Notes: generated from the letters alone by a model not told the origin. A DNA stretch of 50,545 nt from an uncultured Actinomyces sp. (GCA_938022345.1 CALIEP010000350.1:1-50545); one strand, 5' to 3'; counted from the first letter of the stretch, positions 21,939-31,942 are shown. Program-made: numbers and translations.

Positions 21939-22778
21939 TCAGAAGCGGCCTTCGTTGAGGCGCTGCTGCAAGGCCATAACCATCGCCGACCTTTCACCTA
22001 CCACCCCGTCCACGGGGGTCCCAAGATAACTTTGCAGCGCGCGGAAAGTTCCCGGACCGACAAGACCATCAGCCTTAACACCAAGACGGCGCTGCATCGC
22101 GGCAATAATCGAGGAACCGACCGCGCTAGTGGAAGCAACCCACTCCCAACCAGAAACAAGCCCCGGGTTTGAGCCCTTCCAATAGACATCCTGGCTGGAA
22201 ACCACGCCATCTTGAGGTGTCCCAAGGACCCGTTGAAGCGCAAGAGTTGTAGCGCTCCCCCAATAGCCGTCAACATCAAGTCTCGCACTCCCGGCATGTC
22301 CGCCCTCATGAGGATTGCCTTGTCCGGCCAGCTGCAAAGCCCGCATATGCCTGCCGTAGCGCCCAGGACACGCGGTCGCAATGATGTCGTTATGCGCGTA
22401 AACCTTGAGCTTGCCGTAATACTGTCGTAGCTTGTCAATCAGCTCGACCAAGGTTCGCAGGTCGTCGTCGCTTGCCCGAGGGTGACACTCGATCCCAATA
22501 GAACGCGAATTCATTTTCCAGTCGCCCGCGTGCCATGCGGTGTCACTGTCGCGGACGATTGGCATCACCATACCTGCCGCAAGAATATAGTGCGCTGACG
22601 TGCGCCGGCCGCCGCCTGCGAACATATTCGCGACACTATACATCGCGCTTAAATCATTAACTCCTGCGTACTGTTCTGGCGCCCCCCAATGGTGAACAAC
22701 AATACTGTCAATCGCGAGTTCTCTACCCTCGGTGTAATGCGCGGCCATTGGCGCGCCAGCAATAACTCGAAATGTCAT
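21939..22778 (-). CDS. Endolysin 2: Amidase_2 (N-acetylmuramoyl-L-alanine amidase) + peptidoglycan-binding repeats
   Basis: VVHHW, SAHY, AWHAG, SIGIEC, AHND, TACPG; C-terminal DGYWG..T..ALQ repeats. Confidence 0.92.
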   Translation of the reverse strand: MTFRVIAGAPMAAHYTEGRELAIDSIVVHHWGAPEQYAGVNDLSAMYSVANMFAGGGRRTSAHYILAAGMVMPIVRDSDTAWHAGDWKMNSRSIGIECHPRASDDDLRTLVELIDKLRQYYGKLKVYAHNDIIATACPGRYGRHMRALQLAGQGNPHEGGHAGSARLDVDGYWGSATTLALQRVLGTPQDGVVSSQDVYWKGSNPGLVSGWEWVASTSAVGSSIIAAMQRRLGVKADGLVGPGTFRALQSYLGTPVDGVVGERSAMVMALQQRLNEGRF

Positions 22779-22843
22779 TTTCCACTCCTTTTACGAAAAC
22801 CCGCAGCGAAAATGCTGCGGGGTGGTTAGCTGTTAAAAATGAG

Positions 22844-22982
22844 TTAGCTTAGTGGTTGTGGGTGCGGTTCTTGTGGTTCTGGTGCGAAAAGCTGGTTGGT
22901 GTTTCCGCCCGCGTTGATGTTGTCGCTTAAGAGTTCGCTAAGGCGCGCCCTTCCAGAAAGAAATAGGCGTGTAGGCATCCAT
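22844..22982 (-). pseudogene. Chimeric scar: holin-like 5' stub joined to the 3' part of a paralog of the 24015-24203 gene
   Basis: 22982-22938 = MDAYTPISFWKGAP* coupled to endolysin 1 (TGATG); 22948-22844 = ARLSELLSDNINAGGNTNQLFAPEPQEPHPQPLS*. Confidence 0.55.
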
Positions 22983-23830
22983 CAGAATTCACCTCGATTC
23001 AGGCATTGCTGGAGCGCTGCGACAGTCGGTGAAGGCGCGTCAAGGTGCCCGTCCGCTTCGAACCCCAGGTGGGTTTCGAGGGCGTTAATGGTATCCGGCC
23101 CCATGAGGCCGTCCACATCCACACCCAGGCGTCGCTGCAGTTCCTCAACCACGGCAGACCCCTCGGTGGGGGTGGGTGTCCATTCCCAGCCGGAGGTGAG
23201 CGCGGGGTTCGCCTCCTGCCATTCTTCGTCTTGGTCGGAGATGATGCCGTCGATGGGAGTTGCAAGGACTTCCTGTAGGCGGCGTGTGGTCGCTTCCCCC
23301 CAGTAGCCGTCCGCGTCCAACACCCCGCCTGCCGGGGCCTGGGCGTGTTCGTATTCGGGGCGGATTACCGCACACACGTCGTCCCAGGATCGGGCGCGGC
23401 GGTACACGCCGCCCCCGTTGGACTGCGACCCTGCCACACCCGAAGAAGTGTTGCCTTCGATTGTCTGGACCCAGCTACCACGGTTGGCTTCAACGAAGCC
23501 CACGTGGTCCGCGATGCCGTCGCCGTCCCAATCGAAGCACAGGTAATCCCCGGGGATCGCCTGATGCTTAGGTACGAGGCGACCGGCCTTGGATGCCGCG
23601 TTAATCCCGTAGGGGACGTAGGCAAAATCCCCGCCTACCGGCTCCATGCCGGCTTCGCGCAGAACCCAGGTGACGAACATCGCGCAATAGGGAACGCCAG
23701 ATGTCCCGTAGTAGGCGCCGTGGCGGGCAGCGTAATCACGCCCGTACTTGGTGCCAGCTTCGGTGTCATCCCAGCGGGAATATCCGATTTCGGCTGCGGC
23801 GATCCGTAGCACATCAGTCGCTGTACTCAT
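22982..23830 (-). CDS. Endolysin 1: CHAP domain + peptidoglycan-binding repeats
   Basis: PYCAMFVTW (Cys), DHVGFVE (His), TIEGNT; C-terminal DGYWGEATT repeats; GGAGG RBS before MSTATDVL. Confidence 0.92.
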   Translation of the reverse strand: MSTATDVLRIAAAEIGYSRWDDTEAGTKYGRDYAARHGAYYGTSGVPYCAMFVTWVLREAGMEPVGGDFAYVPYGINAASKAGRLVPKHQAIPGDYLCFDWDGDGIADHVGFVEANRGSWVQTIEGNTSSGVAGSQSNGGGVYRRARSWDDVCAVIRPEYEHAQAPAGGVLDADGYWGEATTRRLQEVLATPIDGIISDQDEEWQEANPALTSGWEWTPTPTEGSAVVEELQRRLGVDVDGLMGPDTINALETHLGFEADGHLDAPSPTVAALQQCLNRGEF

Positions 23831-23918
23831 AGGTGATTTCCTCCAGTTCGTGAACGTCTGTGGGCGTGTTATCGGCCGGCGGCATGGAAGCCACCAGTTC
23901 CTCAACATCGGGTGTCAT
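23814..23918 (-). CDS. 34-aa acidic ORF overlapping the endolysin 1 start
   Basis: AAGGAGG RBS; MTPDVEELVASMPPADNTPTDVHELEEITYEYSD*; below the ORF-track cutoff. Confidence 0.6.
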   Translation of the reverse strand: MTPDVEELVASMPPADNTPTDVHELEEITYEYSD

Positions 23919-24014
23919 CGTTTTCTCCTCCTTTTTTGGGTATGGGAAAGCCCCCACACCGTGTTGTGTGAGGGCCTAAGCGTTTGGTCCGCTGACCGTG
24001 GGTTAGCACATAGG

Positions 24015-24203
24015 TCAGGACGCGGGGGGCGTATCACTCAAGGCTGCGGGATCCCCGCCCGCCTCCAGGTACTTTGAGAGCAGGTCAACGACCTGGGCCT
24101 GCGTGGTCGCCAAGATGTGGCGACGCTCGGATTCGGCGGCGACATCCTGGGTGAGCTGCGTGAACTCCTCTTCCGTGAGCTTGCGTAGATCAATGCCGTT
24201 CAT
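24015..24203 (-). CDS. Small hypothetical protein after the tail fiber (possible fiber chaperone)
   Basis: 62 aa, AAGGAG RBS, operon position. Confidence 0.7.
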   Translation of the reverse strand: MNGIDLRKLTEEEFTQLTQDVAAESERRHILATTQAQVVDLLSKYLEAGGDPAALSDTPPAS

Positions 24204-24213
24204 AGGGTTCTCC

Positions 24214-25131
24214 TTAGGTCTTGATGATGTAGTTCAAAACAAGGTAGGGGGGCATGTTGTTGTGCGCGCGGCCCGCTTGCGCGCCATTGACGCGCCCAGT
24301 GTTGGCCCACCGGTTACCGCCACCGATATTCACCAGTTCCGTGCTCTTGGATCCCGAGACGTCCATGTACACGTCCGGGGCCATTTCGGCGTTTGTGAGC
24401 ACGTGGTTTTCCTCGCCGCCGGTGCGGCCTAGGGCACTGAATGTCCCGTAGTTTTTGCCGACAAGCATCCTGCCGCGCAGGTCAGGGACCTTGAAGGAGC
24501 CGTTCCCTCCGCCGTAGGTGGTTCCGATGACTGTGTACAGGGTCGAATACGAGGAGGTGGAATACTGGCCGCCGTCGCATAAAAGCCAGCCCGTGGGGGC
24601 GCTAGAGCCCGCGAATGGGACGATTGTTCCTGTTGGAACCCCGCCACCTGCTCCGGCTGGGCCGGGCGGTCCCTGGAGGCCCTGTGAGCCTTGCGGGCCT
24701 TGGGGTCCTCGCTCGCCCTGCTGGCCCCGTTCCCCTTTAGGGCCCTGCGGTCCGGCGGGGCCTTGAATGCCCTGTGGACCGCGCTCCCCTTGAAGTCCGC
24801 GAGCGCCTGGTGTTCCAGCGGGTCCTTGTTGACCTTGTGGTCCTTGGGGGCCTCGTTCGCCGGGGTCGCCTTTGGGGCCTGGTGACCCGCCGCCGCCGGC
24901 GTTGCCGGTGATGATGGTGACACGGCGGTTCCACAGGATCGCAAGGACTCGCTGACCTCTTTGCGGCGGAGTGCCGATGCAGTCAACTCCGACAAGGTGG
25001 GTATCTGAGCCGTCGAGGCGAATTTGCAGGGGGTCGGTGTTGGTGATGGTGGCCCATTGCAGGGTTGGGGCCAGGGCCACTTTTTCGCTGAGGGTGGCGA
25101 TGCGGTGAGCGAGCTCTTCCAGGATGCTCAT
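24214..25131 (-). CDS. Tail fiber with collagen-like repeat and tail-collar domain
   Basis: About 26 Gly-X-Y triplets; [45 protein letters not shown]; start MSILEEL overlaps the upstream stop. Confidence 0.9.
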   Translation of the reverse strand: MSILEELAHRIATLSEKVALAPTLQWATITNTDPLQIRLDGSDTHLVGVDCIGTPPQRGQRVLAILWNRRVTIITGNAGGGGSPGPKGDPGERGPQGPQGQQGPAGTPGARGLQGERGPQGIQGPAGPQGPKGERGQQGERGPQGPQGSQGLQGPPGPAGAGGGVPTGTIVPFAGSSAPTGWLLCDGGQYSTSSYSTLYTVIGTTYGGGNGSFKVPDLRGRMLVGKNYGTFSALGRTGGEENHVLTNAEMAPDVYMDVSGSKSTELVNIGGGNRWANTGRVNGAQAGRAHNNMPPYLVLNYIIKT

Positions 25132-26180
25132 TGTTGCACCTCCCTCAGGGTTGTCCGACATAGAGCCTCGGGGCTGAGCGTGTACTTGATGGACTGGACG
25201 GTGGCCCGTGTTTGCACGCCTTGGCTGGCAAATTCCACGAGGTCGTTTGTTGAGATCGGGACGGGCAGGTGCTCGATCTCGATCTTGGCAATAGCCGTCT
25301 GAGCTTCGAGGAGTTTCTTTTCGGCCATTTGCGTAATGACTTCCTGGGTGGAGGCTTCTACACCAGTTTCTGTGCGGGTGATCCACCGGCCCCGGGTGGG
25401 GTATGAGGCCGGAGAGGATGGGCTCATGTTCCGTGCTATGCCGACCAAGGCGGGCTTGTCAGCCCCGCCTTGGGAGACAAGTACGACCTTGTTCGGGATG
25501 CCCGCGAGGTCTTGTTCCCTGCTCCACTCGGGCAGGTGAATTGATGTCTCGCCTTCTTTGAAATGCCAGGACAGGGCGCGTTGGGCGGGTGGAACGTAGG
25601 GGTGGATTTGGAAAGCCCCAGATCCGCCGACCCCAATACTCCAATAGCCGATTGCTTCGAGTATGTCGTTAAAGATCGTGAGACGAGGGGTTCCGGCGTC
25701 CCAGGTCATTGTTGAGGCGAGGCGCGAGGGTGAGTCGGTGATGTCGGCTTTGCCGACATCGAGGAGAGCGAAGGATAAGAAGGAGAGCGCGGGGGATAAA
25801 GTTCCCAGCTGTGTGGGAGATTCCACGCAGTCCTCGTCCAAGAGAGTGAGCTTGGAGAGAAGCTCAACCTTCCACGAGGCTCCCCCATCCGTATAGGCCT
25901 TGGTAGGAGCAGCCAGGAGGAAGACGCCTAGCGGCCAAGAAGCCCCGCCTGCGATCTTGTAGGTGATCCGCACCCTGTCACTCGCCCAGTTGATCTCTTG
26001 GCCTAGGTCGAGGAGTTCGAGGCTGCCGGAGGCTTTGAGGCGGGTTGAGGCCGAGAGGGTGACTTCCCCGCCCACCACGCCACGCAGCAGCCCTTTTTCC
26101 TGCTCTGCGCGGTCAAGGAGCATCACCTCGATGGAAACCTGGCGGTGTGAGGTGAAAGAAGAGTTGGAGGGGGTGGTCAT
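25128..26180 (-). CDS. Minor tail protein
   Basis: Position between the tail-tip gene and tail fiber, overlapping both; WPLGVF and PNKVVLV motifs typical of actinophage minor tail proteins. Confidence 0.75.
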   Translation of the reverse strand: MTTPSNSSFTSHRQVSIEVMLLDRAEQEKGLLRGVVGGEVTLSASTRLKASGSLELLDLGQEINWASDRVRITYKIAGGASWPLGVFLLAAPTKAYTDGGASWKVELLSKLTLLDEDCVESPTQLGTLSPALSFLSFALLDVGKADITDSPSRLASTMTWDAGTPRLTIFNDILEAIGYWSIGVGGSGAFQIHPYVPPAQRALSWHFKEGETSIHLPEWSREQDLAGIPNKVVLVSQGGADKPALVGIARNMSPSSPASYPTRGRWITRTETGVEASTQEVITQMAEKKLLEAQTAIAKIEIEHLPVPISTNDLVEFASQGVQTRATVQSIKYTLSPEALCRTTLREVQQ

Positions 26181-28390
26181 TTCTCCACCTCCTCCAACTC
26201 CACGCTGACCTTCCACATGCCTCCCACCTCACGTGGGGCTGACATTGATGACATTGAGCAGTAGATCCGCCTACCGAGAGGATCGCGATACAGGAACGGT
26301 GCGGGTGCTACCGCGAGCGCTTCCAAAGCCTGGACGAGGCGGTAGTCCCTGTCATGCAGGGAAGCACCAAGGGTGATGGTGCGAACCTGGTGGCTTCCGG
26401 TTACTTCCACGCCCCGGGCGCGTCCAGCGAAGTAATGCACCTTCCGCGTTAAAAGCGAGGGTTTGATGCTGGTGGTGGGGTCGTAGCGCAGGGGTACAGT
26501 GAGAGCAAAGCCGGGGCAGCCGCTAACCCACAGGGCCTGGGAGTCAGCTTCGAGCGCCACCGATGTGGTAGCGGTTGAGGGCGTGGCCGATGTCGCGCTC
26601 ACACGGTAGATTGTCTTTCCGTTCGAGAGTGCTTCGGGGTCTTGCAGCGTGGTGTTTACCGGCAGGCGGTCTGCGATCTTCTCCCAGGTCTTCCCATCGT
26701 CAATGCTGCGCTCGATGCTGTTCGAGACAGCGGGGACCGTGTTTGCTACCCCGGTGGGGTTGGTGATCCCGATGGAGGCGGCTCCGACTGTGTCGTCCCA
26801 GCGCACGAGAACCTGGGGTGCTGCGGGCGGCAGGTAGGAGACGGTGAAACGGGAGGTTGCCTCGGCAGATGAAAGTCCATCCCCAGAAGTCGCAGACAGG
26901 CGCACGAGGTAGGCGCGCCGGTCTTCCAAGCGCACGCCAGGCTCCCACGATGAGGCCGCGCCTTCTAGGAGGGTGGAGGCGATTGCCTGGCCGGTGGCCT
27001 CTTCGATGACCTGGATTGCGGCGCTGCGCTGGCTGCTGCCTTCGGCCTGCGAGTACGACCAGCGGATACGCGTGGAACTCGAGTGGACAACGCTCCCGCC
27101 GGCAGGCTCAGCCAAAGAGACAATTGGTGCGTGAGCGACCTTGAAGCCCGTGACAGGAGACCAGGGGGAGGCCCCGGCTTCCTGCCCGGTCTTGTATGCG
27201 CCCCAGGTGCGTACCTGCCACTCGTACTCCCCGACCTCGTTGAAGACGGGGGAGTATGTGTGGCGGTCCCCGCTGACGGTCGCCTCACCCCAGTTCGCGG
27301 ACCCGCGTTTACGCCAGCGAACATCCGCACGCGTCTGCAGCGTCGTATCAATGCTCGTGTGCGACCACGACAGTTCCACGCTCCCAGGGGTGCGCGGACT
27401 GCCAGCAGGCGACAAACTCCCGGGAGTGCCGGGGTTTGTCAACAGCTGGACAGTGTTCGACCGCTCCGACAGGGGTGAAAGGAGGCCGCCGGGGCCTTTC
27501 TGCCTCACTTGGTAGACATGTGAGACTGCAGCGTTTGGCGAGGCATGAGTCCACGCGCGAGCATCACCCGCAACGTCGGCGACCTTCGCACCGTTGTCGT
27601 AGACTTCAGCTCCCCACCCGCGATCCGGGTAGCGTGCTCCACGCTCCCAAGACACGTTGATCGCGCCGCTGGCCTGCTTGACTGCACGCACGTTCACGGG
27701 CGCGCCCGGCGTCATCGCAATATCCCCGGGAGCCATGGACTGCGGGGACGGAGAAGAGTTCTCGATCTTCGCTGACTCCGACCCGTCCCTACGCCAGGCG
27801 TGGATACGCCACCGGTAGAAATCATCCGAGGGGACGTTCGTGTCGGTCCACGAGCGGGCCGAGGCCGGCAACTGCGCGGCCAGCCTGTATTCGCCGCTGG
27901 TGTATGACCAGCGCCAAATGTCCAGCATGTCCACCGGATGATCACCCGTGACGTTCAGGTTCCAGGTGCACTCCACGCGTCCTTCGGACAGGTAGCGTGC
28001 CTGGAAATTCGACGGCGTAGCCGGCGCGCCATATGCCCTGGCCGGGACCGTCCACCGCTGGGTGATACTCGGGTTGCCGCCGTTCCAGATCGGGCCAATG
28101 GACGCGGAGAACTCTAAATCCTGACTGCGCCCATACTCCGTGTTAACCGTGATGGTCTCACGGCTCACCTCAGCCTCGGCATAACCTCCACGCGGGGAGG
28201 AGAAATGGAAGCCCACATCCCCACTAACACGCCCCCACCGATGCAGAGTCGAGCTGAAATTATGACCGTAACCGTCAGACTTCACACGGTAGACAACCTC
28301 CAGCTGGACACTCCCAGAGTTAGGATCCCCATGCTGGTAAATGTCTAGGCCCACCATCAGGTAGCCGGACGAGCCACTCCACCAAGCCAT
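26177..28390 (-). CDS. Large minor tail protein with fibronectin type III-like repeats
   Basis: Repeated PxxPxN...W...Y.W/Y.VR beta-rich units; C-terminal PFLYRDPLGRRIY; follows the tape measure gene. Confidence 0.75.
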   Translation of the reverse strand: MAWWSGSSGYLMVGLDIYQHGDPNSGSVQLEVVYRVKSDGYGHNFSSTLHRWGRVSGDVGFHFSSPRGGYAEAEVSRETITVNTEYGRSQDLEFSASIGPIWNGGNPSITQRWTVPARAYGAPATPSNFQARYLSEGRVECTWNLNVTGDHPVDMLDIWRWSYTSGEYRLAAQLPASARSWTDTNVPSDDFYRWRIHAWRRDGSESAKIENSSPSPQSMAPGDIAMTPGAPVNVRAVKQASGAINVSWERGARYPDRGWGAEVYDNGAKVADVAGDARAWTHASPNAAVSHVYQVRQKGPGGLLSPLSERSNTVQLLTNPGTPGSLSPAGSPRTPGSVELSWSHTSIDTTLQTRADVRWRKRGSANWGEATVSGDRHTYSPVFNEVGEYEWQVRTWGAYKTGQEAGASPWSPVTGFKVAHAPIVSLAEPAGGSVVHSSSTRIRWSYSQAEGSSQRSAAIQVIEEATGQAIASTLLEGAASSWEPGVRLEDRRAYLVRLSATSGDGLSSAEATSRFTVSYLPPAAPQVLVRWDDTVGAASIGITNPTGVANTVPAVSNSIERSIDDGKTWEKIADRLPVNTTLQDPEALSNGKTIYRVSATSATPSTATTSVALEADSQALWVSGCPGFALTVPLRYDPTTSIKPSLLTRKVHYFAGRARGVEVTGSHQVRTITLGASLHDRDYRLVQALEALAVAPAPFLYRDPLGRRIYCSMSSMSAPREVGGMWKVSVELEEVEK

Positions 28391-28411
28391 AACCCACTCC
28401 TATTTTCCTTG

Positions 28412-31066
28412 TTAGATTCCTGCGAGCTCACGAAGATGCGAGCGCGACACCGGAGCAAGCGCCCCGCCTACCTCGCCAGCAGCCTCCACACGCATACGCC
28501 CCACCAATTGGTCATTAACATCACGGACGACGAGTTCGCGGGCAGTGTTCCCATAAAAGCCCGGGCCGCCGAGGGAACCAGCTCGGTACGCGTATGAGCC
28601 GGTCTTAAAGCCAGTGAGCGTGCTGTTCCCGGCGTCCATGGTTCCTGCCAGAGCATCGACGAACAAGCCGCTCTTCTCATTCACACCCTGCGCCAGGCCT
28701 TCGACGATGGAGCGGCCTGAATACAGGGTCCATCCCTTGCCGGAGAAGGGGCCGCGCTTCGCGGGCGAGAAGGGCAGGTATTCGCGTGCTTTGGACATGA
28801 CTGTGTCGAAAGCATCTGTGATCCAGGAGATCGCGGACATGATGCCGTCCTTCAGGCCCTGAAGGATCGCTTTACCAGAGTTGTACAGCCAGGATCCTGC
28901 GCCAGAGAAAAAACCGGTGATTTTGTCGCGGATCGATGTCACCGTGTTGTAGACCGCGTCGATGCCGGCTTGGACGCTTCCACGCATGGAGTCCCAGATT
29001 TGGGAGAAGAAACCGGAGACGGCGCTCCACACGCTGTTCCACACTCCACTGATGGTCGCCAAGGTCCCCGAAATCACCGCAGATACGGCAGCGAGCACGC
29101 TTGAAACGCAGGAGCTGATCGCATCCCAGATGGTGGTGAAGAAGCTGCTGATACCACCCCACACTGCCTGCCATATTCCGGTCAGCCAGCTTGAAAACGC
29201 TGTCCACGCGGCGCTGATCGTGTCCCACAGGGCTTGCCATCCGGCTGTCAGGGTGTCCCACACGGCGGTGACGTAGGGGCCGATCCATCCCCACAGCCCC
29301 TCCCAGAGGGCTGTGAAGACCCCGGTGAAGAACGTGAGGACAGTATTCCATACCTCGAATTGGGCTTGGAAGAACCAGGTGAGGCCGTCCCATATGGCTG
29401 TGAAGACAGCTTTCACGCCGTCCCAGAAGCCGTTCCAGGCGGCGGCAAAAGCGTCGGAGAATGCCGTCCATGCTTCGGTGATTGCCTGCCAGGTGTCGCT
29501 GAGGAACTGGGTGAAGGACTCCCAGATCTGTCGGCCTGTTTCCGTCTGAGTGAAAAAGTAGGTTAGACCGGCGACAAGAGCTGCGATAGCCATAACAACC
29601 AGCATGATGGGGTTAGCGGCCATGACTGCGTTGAACGCCGCCTGGATCGCGGTGCCAACTTTGACGATAGCCTGCCAGGCCTGCACGGCAAACCCCCACG
29701 CCTTAATTGCTCCCGTCCACAGCTGATATGCGCCGTAAGCTCCGGCTACCCCTACCACGATGGCGCTAATCCAGTCCCAGTTTTGACGCAGCCACCCCAC
29801 CGTCTCTCCCAAAGCCGAAGCCAAGTACTTAGTGACGGTGAACAGCTGCTGGAATGCTGTTGCCAAGCCTTGCCCTGCGACAGCGGCTAGGGTCTTGAAC
29901 GGTTCCAGCGGGGACTCTCCGGTGTCCGCGATGTAGTCGAAGAAGCTCTCAACGTAGGGTCGCACGGTTGCCACGAGGTCCCAGAAAGCATCGCGCGCAC
30001 CCTGGATCGCGGACACCAATCCCGGGTGCAGGGAAAGTTCACGCAGCTTCGAAGTGTCACCGCCGGAGATGATCGTCCACAGGTCCACGATGGCGTCGCG
30101 GACGGTGAACAGGAAATCGACGATGACACTGGACTCTGAGATGTTGAATGCCTGAGCGAAAGCCTCGTTGAAGTCGTGATCGACGAAAATTCCCCGCAGG
30201 CCTTCAACTGCGTTTTTGACCCACCCGAAAAACCCATGCAGGCTATCGGTCACCCAGTTGATTGCCCCGGTTACATACGGTTTGATCGCGTTCGCAATAT
30301 CCATTGCGCCGCCAAGAATTTCAGCCTGGAAGTTCCCCCACGCGCCCTCAAGAGTTTTCGTGGACTTCGCGGCCTCAACAGCCACATCTTCAAAACCGAG
30401 CTCTAAGAGGGCTTGGTTGAATTCTTCGGCGGTGATTTGCCCCTTGGCCATCGCGTCTTTGAAGTCCCCGACGAATGCACCGTTTTTACGCATCGCTTCC
30501 TGGAGGCGACCAGACGCACCAGGGATTGCGTTCGTGATCTGCATCCAGTCCTGAGCCTGAAGGCGACCGGCGGCATTAACCTGCACGAGAGCGTTACCGA
30601 AAGCAGAGAATTCATTAGCTCCCGCGCCAGCTGCCGCCGTGAGGTTACCCGCAGCCTCAGCCATCTTGTCGAAGTTCTGCACGCCGTTAGCAGCAAGTTT
30701 GGAGGTGATCGACTGAATATCCGTCAGGTCATAGATGGTTTCGTCGGCGTACTTTCGCGCGCCTTTAACCAGGCTATCGATCTGTTCTTGCCCGGTGATC
30801 CCCGCGAACTTTAAGGTGGAGCGGAACTTATCCGTCGCGTCCGAGGCTGCGAAAGCTTCTTTGGCGAGGTCACCAAACCCAACGACTGCGGCAATGGTGC
30901 CGCCAATGGCCGCAGCCTGCATCAGCCCGCCTTTGAATCGCGAACCGACTTCGCTACCAGCATCGCGTCCAACACCGGCAAGCTCATCACCAATGGACTT
31001 TTTCACGCCCTTAAATGAGGGCACAACCTGGATCCAGGCTTTCCCCAGCTCAGTTCCACCAGCCAC
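28412..31066 (-). CDS. Tape measure protein
   Basis: ELGKAWIQVVPS start, tape-measure domain (YADETIYDL, GRLQAQDWMQ), ANPIMLVV, Trp/Phe periodic repeats, LPFSPAKRGP. Confidence 0.93.
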   Translation of the reverse strand: MAGGTELGKAWIQVVPSFKGVKKSIGDELAGVGRDAGSEVGSRFKGGLMQAAAIGGTIAAVVGFGDLAKEAFAASDATDKFRSTLKFAGITGQEQIDSLVKGARKYADETIYDLTDIQSITSKLAANGVQNFDKMAEAAGNLTAAAGAGANEFSAFGNALVQVNAAGRLQAQDWMQITNAIPGASGRLQEAMRKNGAFVGDFKDAMAKGQITAEEFNQALLELGFEDVAVEAAKSTKTLEGAWGNFQAEILGGAMDIANAIKPYVTGAINWVTDSLHGFFGWVKNAVEGLRGIFVDHDFNEAFAQAFNISESSVIVDFLFTVRDAIVDLWTIISGGDTSKLRELSLHPGLVSAIQGARDAFWDLVATVRPYVESFFDYIADTGESPLEPFKTLAAVAGQGLATAFQQLFTVTKYLASALGETVGWLRQNWDWISAIVVGVAGAYGAYQLWTGAIKAWGFAVQAWQAIVKVGTAIQAAFNAVMAANPIMLVVMAIAALVAGLTYFFTQTETGRQIWESFTQFLSDTWQAITEAWTAFSDAFAAAWNGFWDGVKAVFTAIWDGLTWFFQAQFEVWNTVLTFFTGVFTALWEGLWGWIGPYVTAVWDTLTAGWQALWDTISAAWTAFSSWLTGIWQAVWGGISSFFTTIWDAISSCVSSVLAAVSAVISGTLATISGVWNSVWSAVSGFFSQIWDSMRGSVQAGIDAVYNTVTSIRDKITGFFSGAGSWLYNSGKAILQGLKDGIMSAISWITDAFDTVMSKAREYLPFSPAKRGPFSGKGWTLYSGRSIVEGLAQGVNEKSGLFVDALAGTMDAGNSTLTGFKTGSYAYRAGSLGGPGFYGNTARELVVRDVNDQLVGRMRVEAAGEVGGALAPVSRSHLRELAGI

Positions 31067-31101
31067 AGCAGGGCCTCCGTTCTATCAAGTTCTCAACATG
31101 G

Positions 31102-31850
31102 TTATTCGCGTTCGCGTGCAAGGAAAGCGTCAAGCTCATCAACGTCCATGGCCTCACCTACGCGCTCTCCCTGAGGGACAGCCACGCCTGGGCGAGGCAA
31201 AGGATGCGGCCTGTTCGCGCCTTTTTCCGCATCCTTTGTCTTCGCCCACAAAAGAAGCCTGAGCGTATCCACAGCCTCAGCCGAAAGGAACTCCGCAAGA
31301 CCCCACCGCCAGTCAGGATTCGCCGCGCGATGTAAAGCCGATTCGGGCTGCGCGAGGATCACCAACGCCCAGTCGGCTACCTTCCTAGCAGGGTGGGCCC
31401 GCATGTCCGTCACGTGCAGGTAGCGGCGCAAATCGAATTCCAGCTCACACGGATACTCTCTGAGTAGCCGGACGAAAGTCAGGATTTTGGGGCCAAAGCT
31501 TCCATCAGTTCCTGCATGAAAGGCGCGACCTTGGATGCAGGCACGCGACCAGAAGCGGGATCACGCAAATGCTCCAGCACCGGCTTGTACTGATCTCCCA
31601 GGACCTTCCGGAGCATCGCCGGAGTCTTCAGCGCGTTCCCCTCCTGAATTTCGTTAAAGGTATCGAGCAATTCGAAGTCATCAAACACATTGGGATCGAG
31701 GGTGAGTGGGATCCCCTGGATTTCGACGCTACGCACCTCAGAAACAGGGGCGGCATTTACCTGGGCGTTGGTGGCTTCAAATGCTGCGAGCTGAGCGTCA
31801 AGTGCTGCGAACTGTGCTTCCAGCTCTGCGCGGGACATAGATTCAGACAT
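31102..31850 (-). CDS. Tail assembly chaperone pair (G: 31850-31479; GT via -1 frameshift to 31102)
   Basis: In-register C CCA AAA heptamer at 31491-31485 just before the G stop; the -1 frame reads on as PKILTFVRLLREYPCELEFDLRRYL... Confidence 0.85.
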
Positions 31851-31942
31851 GGAAAGTCTCCTCAAAAGGGGGGAAGGGAATTAAAGGGGAGGATTGGTAG
31901 GGGCGAGGCTGTCCGTGGTGTCAGCCCCGCCCCCTGTGTGGG

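Noticed and set aside
21459..22029. TATAAT followed by a leaderless 185-aa plus-strand ORF
   Set aside because: No -35 or extended -10, and the ORF is Pro/Arg-rich and antisense to two better genes; antisense transcription remains possible
24214..25131. Diversity-generating retroelement or invertible tail-fiber system
   Set aside because: No reverse transcriptase or invertase, and no template repeat or alternative fiber tip noticed in the window
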